From Octopus sinensis (taxonomy: Eukaryota): a stretch of DNA of 64,000 bases. Of this stretch, positions 12,628-26,186 are shown piece after piece (positions within the stretch are counted from its first letter, which is position 1; the number at the start of each line of letters is the position of its first letter). The position numbers and the translations under genes are program-made. The stretch lies in contig NC_043003.1 in NCBI RefSeq assembly GCF_006345805.1, positions 60,884,001 to 60,948,000 of the forward strand, in the 5' to 3' direction. The notes under the pieces were generated by a model. That model was not told where the DNA came from, ran no database searches, and saw only the letters and a list, made by a program, of their open reading frames with translations.

Positions 12628-14154
12628 CAATCCATGATTTTTCCAGGCATTACTGTTATAAGATAATTAATAATGTGTCAATGAATAATTTAAGATTTTA
12701 CATTATAAAATACTGAACGATAATATTTCAATTTTTCCATGTAAGTGATGATAATATTTCAATTTTTTCCATGTTTAATTTAAATATATGTTGTGATTGA
12801 ATTATTTGATATTACTCATCCACACCAAATTAACGGCAGGGATTTTTACCATGTTCTTAGTTGCACCATGGCTCACCAAAAGTTACAAACAAGGCCTAAA
12901 AACCATCAGTTACCAGGGTCACCTAATTTTTGCGACATTAGGAGGTCACAGGAACTCATTCAACCTCCCCCCACAAAATTCCAGTGATTCCGGGATTGGT
13001 GGGGAACTCCCACCTCATTTTTTCCGAACGAAAATAAGAAATTTGCAGCATCTTAGGAGGTCAAGATACTTGATTCCACGCAAAAAAATTATTTTTTTTT
13101 TAGTGAAAATCGTGCGAGTGTTAATGTAGAAATTTACCAAAATGTTATTGTTATTTAGCCTCAAATCAACCCTGATGCGGCAAACCTGTCATCAAAGTCA
13201 TTTCAGCCTTCAGCAAAGCGTCTAATTAGGGATAATCTAGACAGACGAAATGCCGATAAGCATTTCGACCAGTGCGTTAACGTTTCTGCCATGTCGGCGC
13301 CATAGAATTTAAGCATTCATTTTAGAAATATATTCTTTATTCTTATTGCTTAGGCGTTACTTCTTACTTCCTCACTTACTGACATTAAATTTCGTAATAT
13401 TTTACCTCATAACTGTTTATCTACTAATGTTTGTACAATGCGACTAACGATTCTGAATTCCTCATGCATTTTTCTATTATTTAAGCGTAAGAAAAGTATA
13501 CTTTTAATTGAAAATTTTAAAATTTATGTTAGTTGAAGATGAATATCTGCCTTACTGCCCACTTGATGTCTGACATATTTTGATGTAACTTTTATTTTCT
13601 TTCTGAACTAAATCTCAAACTATTTATGCCAAACTGTAGCTGAGGAGGTGTCCTCTTTAAAACTATATTAACAGTTTGCAATTTAGTTGAGAACTAAATT
13701 AGTGGTGAAGCTTGAAAGCTGCTGCGATTGACGAAATGGTGGACTTAAGAATATATTCAACCACTACTGTGGTTGAATGATTCTTCAACGTATCTTGAAG
13801 CTTTTAGTCAGTTTTCTTTTAGAGATTGTTTAGTAACAAAACTTTTAGAATTAAACTATATTTATTGCATAACATATTTATGAAATGATGGTAACATTTT
13901 AATTAACTAACGACAAATATAAATGTCATTATTAGGTAACTTAAAGTTATTATTCCGGAGGTTCAGTTGCCAAGAAACTGGCTTGATCGGAGATCGTGTG
14001 TTCAAGCTAAAATGATTGCAGCGTGGAAAAGACTTATTTAGCTATTTAAAACACACACAAAGATTCGCTGAAGTATTTATCATTTTGTTTGTTAGTGATC
14101 AGGTCATAATTGGTGCAACGAAACATTTGACATCAAATAATATATGTTTAAGTG

Positions 14155-14750
14155 AAAGCGGTAAGCTAACAAACGTTAGCATGCCGGGCGAAATGCTTAG
14201 CCGTATTTCGTCTGTCTTTATGTTCTGAGTTCAAATTCCACCGAGGTCGACTTTGCCTTTCATCCTTTCGGGGTCGATAAATTAAGTACCAGTTACGCAC
14301 TGGGGTCGATCTAATCGACTTAATCCGTGTGTCTGTCCTTGTTTGTCCCCTCTATGTTTAGCCCCTTGTGGGCAATAAAGAAATAAGAAAAGATAGCATG
14401 CTGGGCGAAATGCTTAGCGGTATTTTGTCTGCCGCTACGTTCTGAGTTCAAATTCCGTCGAGGTCGACTTTGCTTTTCATCCTTTCGGGGTCGATTAAAT
14501 AAGTACCAGTTACGCACTGGGGTCGATATAATCGACTTAATCCGTCTGTCTGTCCTTGTTTGTCCTCTCTGTGTTAGCCCCTTATGCTGGGCGAAATGCT
14601 TAGCGGTATTTTGTCTGCCGCTACGTTCTGAGTTCTAATTCCACCGAGGTCGACTTTGCCTTTCATCCTTTCGGGGTCGATAAATTAAGAACCAGATGCG
14701 TACTGGAGTCGATATAATTGCAGGCCTTGTGCCTAGAGTACAAAAGAATA
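14155..14750 (+). mobile_element. SINE family A array (3 units)
   Basis: Same core repeated three times; tails ...tttagccccttgtgggcaataaagaaata and ...ggccttgtgcctagagt. Confidence 0.9.
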
Positions 14751-15849
14751 TATGTTTAAGTGAATTTAATAGTCTTTATGTGCTTTTGAATAGCTATTTG
14801 TTTTCCATGCTGTAATTGTTTAAAAATTTTATAATTATCAATACTCGATATCCATGTAGTAATGGATCCCGGAAGATTGATAGTCAACGTTTATCTCGAT
14901 GGGATCTAAATTCAGATTGCCTAAAAGCAATGAGTAAATATACAACAGCTCACATTTCTGATTTATTTATTATGGTTTATATAGTAACCCATATAGAAAC
15001 AGATTGTTTATAGTAATATATTGTAAGCTTTGTTCACTCGGCTGCAAATACACCCTCTTGTATTTATTGAGAAGTGATGCAAATAATTCTTCGATAATAT
15101 TCCATTTTAATATTAAGGTGGATTCAATGTCTGGAATATCCAACACACGCCCACGGATCGTGTATTTTAATTTAGCTCAGGTTTCAACTCTGAACACATC
15201 TCTCGCTGAATTTGGTTAAACATATATTCTTCAATATATATTTATTTATTTATTTATTAGCCAATTTAATTAAGAAATTTCTGAAAACAAACATTTCGCA
15301 AGCCACAGATCGATTGAACAGATAAATCAACACGTAAAATATACAATAGATTTATTTCCGGAATAACAATAAGAGAAATTACAAATCGTAAAAATATGTT
15401 TGTTTATTTTTCTGACAATTTTAAATGACAAAAGCCAACATTTTGATGACAAATTGATAAAGTCCATAACATTATAAAGTACTGGCTGCTTATTTCTACG
15501 AAGGAAACAGCCAATTGTTTTGATCGTTGGCCAGAAATATTAGAACATCAATTCATATTGTAGTTTCTATTGAGCAAAATTATGTTGGATTAGTAGCAGG
15601 AAGCACAACCATTTTACAGTTAAAACAAAACTGAGAAAATAACATACCTGTGTAATTAATTATCTACAGCATTGGCACAGGGCCATACATCATTGAATAG
15701 CAATATAGTCAACTGAATAGACCCGAGTAAAATCAAAAGCAAAAATAGACCCCAAAGTAACCTGGATTCAGAATGTAAATTAAATACTGCAAAATATTTT
15801 GATGCAAGCTCTACTGATTCTGTCATTTATCAACTTATACTTTGTGTGC

Positions 15850-15883
15850 TTTTATACACAGACACACACACACACAAACACAT

Positions 15884-15919
<36 letters not shown>

Positions 15920-15950
15920 GTATATATATATGTATATATATGTATATATA

Positions 15951-15998
<48 letters not shown>

Positions 15999-16121
15999 TG
16001 TATATATATATGTATATATGTATATATATATATATATATATTTATTATATATATATATATATATATATTTATGTATATATATATATATTTATGTATATAT
16101 ATATATATATATATATATTTA

Positions 16122-16164
<43 letters not shown>

Positions 16165-16186
16165 TTATGTAATATATATATATATT

Positions 16187-16234
<48 letters not shown>

Positions 16235-16320
16235 ATAATATATATATGTAATATATATATATATATATATATTATGTATATATATTATATATATATATAT
16301 GTATATATATGCATATATAT
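15850..16320. repeat. (CA)n/(TA)n compound microsatellite; similar tracts at about 10130-10220, 10870-11300, 24400-24910, 26050-26190, 27480-27680, 38950-39045, 51310-51430, 53060-53180 and 53730-54365
   Basis: Direct reading; source of the YI/HT/CV-repeat ORFs. Confidence 0.98.
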
Positions 16321-16324
16321 ATAG

Positions 16325-16545
16325 TTAATCCAAACATAAACAAAGAGAAAACACAACAACGCGAGGATGTGGAACAAGTATAGTGTTATTGGACGCTCAG
16401 GAAAGGAAAGAAAGAAGGATTTAACGTTTCGAGCGGAGCTCTTCGTCTGAAATATAGAAAAAAGGAAAAGTCCAAGGGAGAGAAAACGGAGAAAGAAAAT
16501 CGCGAACGATACACACGGGATCACGTATTGAAAATGCATATACAT
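16325..16545. mobile_element. Penelope-like terminal fragment
   Basis: acgtttcgagcggagctcttcgtctga is, on the minus strand, a degenerate CTGANGA..GAAAC motif typical of PLE ends; flanked by (TA)n. Confidence 0.55.
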
Positions 16546-17352
16546 GCATATATATATATATATATATATATATCAAATAATGTATGTTAATATCGGTATA
16601 TTTTCTATGCAGCGCTCAATATAGACTCCTGGCTAATCCATATTCTATGGTGTCGAAGCTCCAGGTACTTATCAATGGTATAACGAGTGTATACGTATTT
16701 TGTGGAGAAACAAATAACGGAATGAAAAAGAAGATATCACTATAGCATAAATTTAATATTCGTTACAATTGTTTCAGTACCACTCTGTTTTGAATTACCT
16801 TATATATGGATGAATATGTATGATAAATTACAAAAGACTTCTATAAATTTATGCCAAGTTGAAATAATGAGGAACTTTATATTATCGGACAATTACCAAA
16901 CTCTGCTATTCGACACGATAACCGGCGCTTATATATTCGGATGAACAACAACAATTATGAATATTGTTATTGTTATCATTACTATTATTGTTGTTGTTGT
17001 TGTTGTTGTTGATTTTGTTACGTTGCCTTTGTTAACTACTACCAGTTAAGAAAAACATCGAGGACAGCACATGACGATACAACACAATACAAAGTAACAG
17101 GTAGTGGTGGGGAACTGTTTTCATAAACACTCTTCCAAGAGCCACCTCTTTCCTTGATTTGAGAAACCAAATTTCAAAAATAAATATGTACATTCAATTT
17201 TTATCTCAAGCTTTTAAAATTGGCCCCGAAGGGATGACAATTTCGCAAAGCCAACAGGCGTCAGAAGGTGCTAGTTAGCTCAATAACAAAATGAGACGAC
17301 AATACCCGATTCGATAACAACTTGCAAGGCTTTTACTTACAAACAATAAAAC

Positions 17353-17386
<34 letters not shown>

Positions 17387-17534
17387 CCTTTCTACTATAG
17401 GTACAAGGCCTGAAATTTTGGGGGAAAAGGGATAATAGAATACATGGTCCCCAGCGCTCAATTGGTATGGTACTATTTCATTGACTCCGAAAGGGTGAAG
17501 TGCGCAGTTGACCTCGGCGACATTTGAACAGTAG

Positions 17535-17925
17535 TTTATTGGCTACAAGGGCTGCCAAAAATATTTAGGACAATACATCGATACAGTACCGCAGTGATTT
17601 ACATAGAACGAATAAATAAAAAAAAGCATAACGACTAACAAAAGAATTCAAACAAATTCCCTAACGGTAGAGAAACGCCAATCAGAGGCAACAAAGAAAG
17701 CCACAGATCCCGAGTCACTCTAGTCGCTACGAGTACCATAGTTATTGTTCCTCTCTCCTCCGTACTCCTCAGCGCAAAAGCGCTTGCTTAGAGTAGGCCC
17801 ACACACTCGGACCGTCGTCGTCGCATTCATCCACCTTTCAACAAATTGACTGAAAGGCAACACTTCCCTCTCAAACTTCATCTTACTTTTCAAATGAAAT
17901 TTTAAAAAGTTGATAAAAATAACAT
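17535..17925 (-). mobile_element. Tx1/L1-clade LINE, 5'-truncated 3' end
   Basis: 'INFLKFHLKSKMKFEREVLPFSQFVERWMN' (the F..RW end of ORF2), then a 3' UTR ending gcccttgtagccaataaac. Confidence 0.75.
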
Positions 17926-17959
17926 TACCTGACTTGGTTATATCGACATCAATGACAAC

Positions 17960-18480
17960 AGAAAGAAAGAATGGGATAATGAGAGCATTGAAAGGAGCAG
18001 TGTGTTGTGGTACAGAGTTGTAAGGTAAGAGTATAAAGTTACTTCAGATTGAAGTTGAAGGTTTCGTGGACAAATCTGCTTATGATCTCATGAAACAACT
18101 CTCAGTCTCTGGGAAGAACAGGACCAAAGCTCTAAAGGGAATATTAGAGACAGTGCCAGCTGCTCTGGTTTAGGAGAAACAAAAATGACACGTTTGTATT
18201 TTAAGGCTAAGGGAAGTAACTCTGATTGAGCCATTGTGATAGCTTTTGAAGTTTCACCACTACTAACACAACCAAAGTTATTTCTTATATAAGTATGTTT
18301 GAAAGCTGATTCAACGGAGACGAGTTACAAGATAAAATTTCTAAGCGGTTTAATTGCATGTCTCCGATATCCAAGTGGCTAAAAAGTGTCAGTATCAGGG
18401 CAACCTGGCTCCCTTAAAGTGTTAGAAGGGCCGAAACATTTGCGTGAGTGGAGGTTCTTCTCTGAAAACCTTCTGCTGTT
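17960..18480 (+). mobile_element. Degenerate HERO/R2-group (restriction-like endonuclease) non-LTR 3' fragment
   Basis: 'EVEGFVDKSAYDLMKQLSVSGKNRTKALKGILETV' resembles the recalled HERO pattern 'EVG.RGF...S...L..LG..G..R.KA'. Confidence 0.45.
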
Positions 18481-20224
18481 CAACTCTCTTGAGAGTTTCT
18501 TAATGCCGTCAATAACTTAATTGTCTTTAGAGAGAAAAACGAATTTGAAATGATGTTATTGTTATTGTTACTATTTTTGTTACTAATCTTAGTGTTAACC
18601 CTAAAAGCAGTGGTGTCGTTATTGTTGTTGTTGCTAATATTTATACTAGTTTCATTAATAATATTTTTATTACCGTCCATTGTAGCTTTTATTACACTCC
18701 ACTGTTTTATAAATGATTTGTCTCATTATTTTCCTTCTTGCTTCAATTTTGCTTCCATTTCTTGTCGAGTGTCTTCCCAACACCTAGATCAAAGAAACTC
18801 ACAGTATACATTGAGAAACCATTGAAATAAACACACCAGATTGTTAATTTACAAAATCAAATAATAATTTTTATTATAATTATCATCATCATTATTATTG
18901 TCATATTTATTCCTATATTTTCCTTTTCCCTGAATTCAGAAAGAGTAATGGCCTTTGTCGCATATCATATATGATAACTAAGTTTGGTAAGTGTCTGATG
19001 AGGTACTATTCCACGCCATTTCAAACGTGTGTAAATTTGTACAACCGCTGTGTAATTTTCCATACATAATCATTTATGCGTAATGTCCTTTGAAAAGAAT
19101 GGTACTGAAACAATTGTAACCAATATTAAACTTATGCTATACTGATACTTTCTTCCTTATTTGTACACACACACATACACACAGACACACAACACACGAT
19201 CAAGCAGACCCCATAGACGCGGTCTACACCGGAAAGACTTGTATTATTCAGTAAGATCGATAAAAACGTACAGTAAACTTGTTGTGGGGAGTGAAACATC
19301 CGACGTTTCAAACAGAGTCCTTTTTTTTCAGAGAGATGCTGGCAAGATAGAAATCAAAGAGAAACGGCAGAGCTTTACATCCTCTAAGTCACAAAAACTG
19401 GATTCAACTGACAAGAGACGCAGGACCACAGGAGCTTTATACGTGAACAGGAAGTAGCGAGAGAGAAAAACTAGTTGAGAGAGGGAGAAGGAAAGAAAAT
19501 AGAATAAGGAGGGAAAGCGGGTGAAAGTAAGAGTGAGGTAAAAGATGAAGCGAAAAGGAGTTGAAGACGAAGAAAGGTATTACTGAACTAAGAAGAGATG
19601 TAGATGTACAAGAAAGCAAAATAGGCGCAGGCGTGGCTGTGTGGCAAGAAGCTTGCTTCCCAACCACATATTTCCGGGTTCAGTCCCACTGCGTGACACC
19701 TTGAGCAAGTGTCTTCTACTATAGCCTCGGGCTGTCCAAAGCTTTGTGAGTGGATTTGGTAGACGGAAATTGAAAGAAACCCATCGTATATGCGTGTGTA
19801 TGTGTGTGTATTTGTGTGTTTGTGTCTGTTTACCCCCCCATCCCAATCAATTCCTAAGTTTTCTCCAACTGAGGGGTTAGGCAAAAGAGACAGATATAAG
19901 TACCAGGATTAGAAAGAATAAGTCTTGGGGTCGATTTCTTCGAGTAAAAGGCGGTGCTCTAGTATGGCCACAGGCAAAATGACTGAAACAAGTAAAAGAA
20001 TGGAAGAATTCATGTAAACCTGTTGGTGATATGGTACCAAGTTCCAATATGAAACGTTGTGCCTTCTGTTTTCTAGACTGTGGATCCTTGGTGTAGAGAC
20101 ATGCTACACTTTGGTAAGTGATTGATGGAATGGTTTATTGTGCTGAAGTGGGTGGCGACAGGTTGGCTTGGCATGCATAGTAGTATGCTTCGAAAGAGTC
20201 TAAGTTACAATATCACATTACCCA

Positions 20225-20440
20225 GAATTCTATCATTTGCAAACGTTACAACGGTCTTTATTTTGGAGAAATAGGCCGAAGCCTTGCAAATCACTTCCGG
20301 AGCACATTCAAACAATTCTACTACGTATACCGGGCTAATTCGTCGATATCAACCAGTGTAAACAGTGTGTTGAGGTATGTCCCTGTATGTCAAAAGGAAT
20401 ACTTAGCCATAGGATAGAAAAATAACAAACTGAAATAAGT
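20225..20440 (+). mobile_element. Penelope GIY-YIG endonuclease fragment
   Basis: 'IICKRYNGLYFGEIGRSLANHFR' matches 'C..C...YIGETGR.L..RF.EH'. Confidence 0.7.
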
Positions 20441-21124
20441 AATGGGATCAATGTAGATCGAAGTCTAATTAATTATTAAAACTAGTTCACAAGCAACAGA
20501 GTATAGAAGCTAACCTCATTTCACTAACTGAGAAAAACATTATATGCATTATGAATCACCAGGAAGGTTTTCAAACAGCTTAATTGCTGATTTTACACTG
20601 ATACATCAGAGATAGTCGTATTGTATTTTCTCCGACCCTTGACGTTCCAAGTTCAAATCGCGCAGAGATCGACTTTGCCTTTCGTCCGCTCAGTGTTGAT
20701 AAAATAAAGTAGCTGTTAGGTACTGAGGTCAGTGCTATGGGCTAAATTTCTGACCCTAGAATTGCCAGCCTTGTGTCCAAATTTGAAGCATAAGCGGTGA
20801 GCAGACAGCATCGTTAGCGCATGAGACAAAATGCCTAGCGGTGTTTATTCCGGGGCTTTACGTTCTGACTTCTAATACCGGTGAGGTTTATTTAACGTTC
20901 CATCGCCTCGGGATCGATACAATAAACTACCAGTGGAGTATCGGGGTCACTGCGATTGGCTAATCTTGTTCCCTAAAATTGCCAGCCTTGTGTCAAAGTT
21001 TGACTTTTTCTTTCATCCTTTTGGAGTTGATAAATTAAGTACCAGTGAAACACTGAGATCGATGTCATCGGTTTGTCCCATCCCCCAAAATTTCAGGGCT
21101 TGTGCCTACGACAGAATGGATTAT

Positions 21125-21660
21125 TGAGTGAGAGAGCAGTGCATGCCATCAAAGTGACACTGGAGTAAAATATACGAGGCTCAATATACCCGTCATGACT
21201 ACCCGTCTTTTAAGAGCACACCAGGCACATGTATCACAACCATATGTGCGCGACATGGTGATCTCATATCAAGATGAATAGCGCATGACCTTGCAGATGG
21301 GCCCTGTTAGAATTTTCTTCAGGTCGAGTAGCATATCCTGCTCAAAAGGTCCCTGTATAAGGGTTTTTAAGGAAGAATAAAACGTCCATGTTTCCAGAGG
21401 TGAATTATATAAATCCCAAAGAATTCCTCTCGTCACATGGCTATGATGCTCCCCCACTACTTCTGCTCGTGATCAGAGATGTACGTATTGTCAGCCACTA
21501 AGGTCAAACGACTGACAAACAAATCTGTGGTAATGAGCAGAATATTTGCTGTAGCCCACCTTTTATACCAAGACAAAACGAAGTACAAGATAACACTTCC
21601 AATCAGTTAAGATCAAAAGCCAAGAGAGCCACTGCCTGGTACTGCATTAGGCCATTATTT
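21125..21660. mobile_element. About 530-bp dispersed repeat (family D) bounded by (ATT)n; copies at 23570-24090, 31395-31960 and 57920-58710 (the last with an internal duplication)
   Basis: Four clearly homologous copies starting ttattgagtgagagagcag..catcaaagtgac and ending ggtactgcatcagggcatttatt; no coding potential seen. Confidence 0.85.
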
Positions 21661-22199
21661 TACCAAGCACAACTAAAGAAAAGTATTTATTTTTCGATTA
21701 TTTTTTAACACAAACTTCGTGGAACGCAGTGGAAGTCTAGTGTATGGAAGCGACACATAGGGAGGACTATTCTGGGATATAGCTTTTTTTTCAGCTACTG
21801 TTTACATTAGATTCAAGATGGTTTCTACTCAGAGACGCACATGAGAATAACTACACAGAAAAGAAACAGAAATTCAAGGGAAAAAAATCAATGTCATAAC
21901 TAGATTCCCTCGTCACACACACGGTAATATCATTTTAACATTTTAAACGTTAAACTGAATGGTTCGAATAACTCATTTAATGCCATCATCAAGATCTGCT
22001 TACAGAATTTGCCAAACAAAGAAAACGAGCCAATTTAAGTGAACGTGTTTTCAGTGGCACAAATGGTATTAGCCACACTAAAGAATTGAACATGACGAGG
22101 AAAAGAAGAGGAAAAGAGAGTTTTTCCTAATTTGAGAACTTTACCCAAGAGTGAGCAAAAACCGAAGGTATCTGGCCGATGTATGGAATAGCAGAGACA

Positions 22200-23560
22200 A
22201 CAAAAATAGCCGGTCTATAGGCCCTACCCCGATTGGGGTAAGTCGGGCTTGTGGGGCAAGATAAGGACAGAGCGAGAAAGCATGCCGAACACGTATGATA
22301 TAGACCCGTATATGGGACGACAAAATACGAAATTTGATGACGTTAATCCTTGTAGAATAGTAGGGGTCAGAATCAACAGTGAGAATTTTCAGCATTATCA
22401 AGCAAATCCTAATAATCTTTCAAAACCACAAGGATATTCTGAAGCTTCGCCTGTTGTGGGTAAGCGACGAAAGTAAAGTAATGAAGCTAGTGAGGAAAGG
22501 TTACAAGCGCAGTGGTTACCCGCATATGTTTAATAGCGATTAGATGGATCTTACCCGGAATGGCCTATAAGCAGAAAAATAAAACAGATACAATAGAAAC
22601 AGCAACAGATAAAACACAAAATGACTACTGTCTAAGCACCTCCAGTCGTACGGAAGGGATTGCTTTCTCTTCAGTCCCTGAAGTTGTCGGTCTGGAACCC
22701 AAAGAATGCTCTTCGTCTTTAGTATTACAACCTCGTCGTCTAGCGGTTATAGGGAACAGATAAAGTCTGGGTAGGCGTGGCAAACGGTTACAATAAAACG
22801 GAGCGAAAAGATATGGTCAAACAGGAGGTAAGACACAAAACGAACACCCTTCAGCCACGGAGAAATTCAACTTTACTACTTGTTTTGGTATATATTGTTA
22901 ATTATATCGCATTCAATTATGTCGTTTTTTGATTAGATACGTTTATTGAAATATTTTGTTTAATTTTCATTCAAATTAATGTCTCAATACAGTTTATGAT
23001 GTCTTTCATACGCCACTGGTTACCTTCTGTAACTTTACATCACCATATGTTCATAAAATTTGGATATTTCAAAAACATGGAAACGCGTTTTTGCATATAT
23101 GAATTGGCCATGGTAGAAATTAAAAGAAATGGTCATCACTTTTGAAATTGCTGAAAACAGGAAGTTCCTCTTTCGCCAACCCATTTTAACTTTTTCAATT
23201 CTCGCGTGAAAAGGAAAGTGAGGGTAGCGAGGTAAGTGTTGCCTCGCAGCAAATTTGTTGAAAGGGGGATGAGAGTGGTGAGCATAGTCAAGGCGAACGG
23301 GTATGCTCTGAACATACACCCGTAGATGGGTGGTGGAAAGCTAGAAGAGGGCGTTTGCCTTAATGGTCAGGGTGACCGCCCCTTTTCGGGATTTCCTTGG
23401 GTAATCCTTGAATGTCTCCCTCTTTGGGGGGAATTATTCCTACTTTGAATATTTTGTTTCTTCATTCTTTTTAATTTTTACTTTTATACACTTTTACGTA
23501 TCAGCAGTCTGTGTTGTTCTGTTTTTCATCATCAGTCATTGGTTAATAAAGAAACTATAC
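22200..23560 (+). mobile_element. Fragmented Tx1-type LINE: decayed endonuclease piece (about 22200-22800) and 3' end (23165-23560)
   Basis: The 3' piece is homologous to 17535-17925 (gtgaaaaggaaagtgagggtagcgagg..aaatttgttgaaagg) and ends in aataaa. The 5' piece is only weakly recognisable. Confidence 0.55.
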
Positions 23561-24091
23561 TAATTATTACTATTACTGAGTGAGAGAGCAGCACATGCCA
23601 TCAAAGTGACGTTGGAGTACAAAGCCCAATATACCCATCTTGACTAAACTGTCTGATAAAGGTACACCAGGCACATACATCACAACCATATGTGCGCGAC
23701 ATGATGATCTCATATCAAGATAAAGAGCGTATGAACTTGCAGGATGAGCCCAGTTAGATTTTTTTCAGGTCGAGTAGCCCATCCAGCTCAAAAGGTCCCT
23801 GAATAAGAGTTGTTTAAGAATGTTGAACAAATCACATATATTCCCAGAGACGAATTATTCAAACCCCATAGAATGCCTCTCAACACATTGTTATGATGCT
23901 CCCCCACTACTTCTGCTCGTGATGAGAGATGCACGTATCGTCAGCCACCAACGGCCATACTCAACTGGTTAAGGTTAAATAACTGGTATTGAGCAGAATA
24001 TTTGCTGTAGCCCGTCATTTACAGCAAAGCAATATATGTAATTGATAACATTTCCAATCACTTAAGATCAGAAGCCATGAGAGCCAGTGCC

Positions 24092-24127
<36 letters not shown>

Positions 24128-24409
24128 TATTATTATTATTATTATCATTATTATTATTATTATTACTACTACTACTATTACTACTGCTACAAGTAAAGGT
24201 GGTGATGGTGGTGGTGGTTTTAATAATTGTAGCAGCCGCAGCAAACGAACGTTTGTTCAGCAAATGTACATGTTAGAATTATGAATATATTAAGAATAGC
24301 AAGATATATCTCTTCTGATATGTAAATATTAAACTTTGAAAAATAAGTCATTTAGGGCTTAACTCATAGTGATATAACTTTTAAGGTTAATTCTCTGCGA
24401 AAAAATAAT

Positions 24410-24458
<49 letters not shown>

Positions 24459-24642
24459 AATAATTTAAGATTAGCTCGGACAAATACACACGCATATGTC
24501 TGTGTAGCTAATGTATATGTGTGTGCGTGTGTATGCTTGCACGTGTGTTCCTGAATATATATAAGAGTATATACGTACATTAATACATATATATGTATAA
24601 GTGTATATATATATATATATGTATGTATAAGAGTATATTAAT

Positions 24643-24705
<63 letters not shown>

Positions 24706-24732
24706 TATATGTATGTATAAGAGTATATTAAT

Positions 24733-24821
<89 letters not shown>

Positions 24822-25775
24822 ATATTTCGGAATGGTCATTTTGCCAGTTTAGCCACATAAAAAAATCTTGCACAACACATATTTAAACGTATATATATAT
24901 ATATATATATGAGAGGTATTAAGTTTATTCAATGTGTTATGATTAAAAATACTGTGGAGATCATTATGTAATATGCATTTTATGATGGAAATGGCTATAT
25001 CGTTGTTATTATCCGTGTCTTTGATTTGTCACTCACACGTTGTTGAAACTATTGTATATCACGGAATAGATGTCATAGCTGCAGCTCCATTATTCACCTA
25101 TATATCTTTGCGTCATTTTAATATCTAGAACGGGCAGCCTATTATTGAGTTAATCGGACGGATAATCAGTCGACATAATTGTTACTTTAATGTGGGACAA
25201 GTCTATGTGATGGATGCCATAAATGGTACACTCTCTAGTGAGCGGACACAGCTTTATGACGTTGCTTTTATCTTGAAATTTGCGGCGCAAAACTGATTGT
25301 CACAAACTGCGACGAAAGAAATTTTACAAACCAGTTTATGTATTTATGTATGCATTCATTAAGCAGTTATGTATATATTTTGTATTTTGTTAGCAGTTGC
25401 TTATACTCCATGAAATCGCCAAAAAATACGCTGATGAAAAACTACAGAAATCAAACGAAGGCAAAATCAGGTTAAGACAATCTACTAACATACATTTATG
25501 TATTTGTGCATTCATTCATTAAGCAGTTGTAAATGCATGTTAATAGATTGTCTCAACCTGATTTTGCCTTCGTTTGATTTCTGTAGTTTTTAATGAGAGT
25601 TTTAACGGTTATTTCAAGCAGGTAGACATACTTAGTATGTCCTTTGATTAATTTTAATCCCTCGGCTATTTAATGCTATTTTTGGCCTGCTATCACCTGT
25701 GTCATTGATTCTGTTATTATCATTTTTTTAAATAGTTACATAGGAAAATAAAAGAATTAATGACACCTTCGCAAA

Positions 25776-25815
<40 letters not shown>

Positions 25816-25816
<1 letters not shown>

Positions 25817-25958
25817 AGTAATTAAGGGTTCAGTAATTACGTGCTTTGGTTTTACTGGGATCTCCCTTTTAAGTAGAAAGAATAGCCAAAACTTTTTGAC
25901 TGCTATTTCTAAATTCGGTGTGTGGTGAGGCAAATCGTTGCTGAACCCTTAATTACTT
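25816..25958. mobile_element. Short MITE with 18-bp terminal inverted repeats
   Basis: aagtaattaagggttcag ... ctgaacccttaattactt. Confidence 0.7.
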
Positions 25959-26057
25959 AGTATTACTTAAACCTTCCTTGAATGGGTCTTTTACATGCCG
26001 AACTCTACTTGGTGAAATTAATGATTATTTCTAAATTAATTAATTTCACCCTTTATT

Positions 26058-26162
<105 letters not shown>

Positions 26163-26186
26163 CTTATATATATATTATATATATAT

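Noticed and set aside
15799-16324. YI/HT/CV-repeat ORFs (also at 10.9, 24.5, 27.5, 36.5, 53-54 kb)
   Set aside because: Translations of (TA)n/(CA)n microsatellites.
25125-25292. Plus-strand frame NGQPIIELIGRIISRHNCYFNVGQVYVMDAING...
   Set aside because: Weak donor, no recognisable motif and no phase-compatible neighbours.
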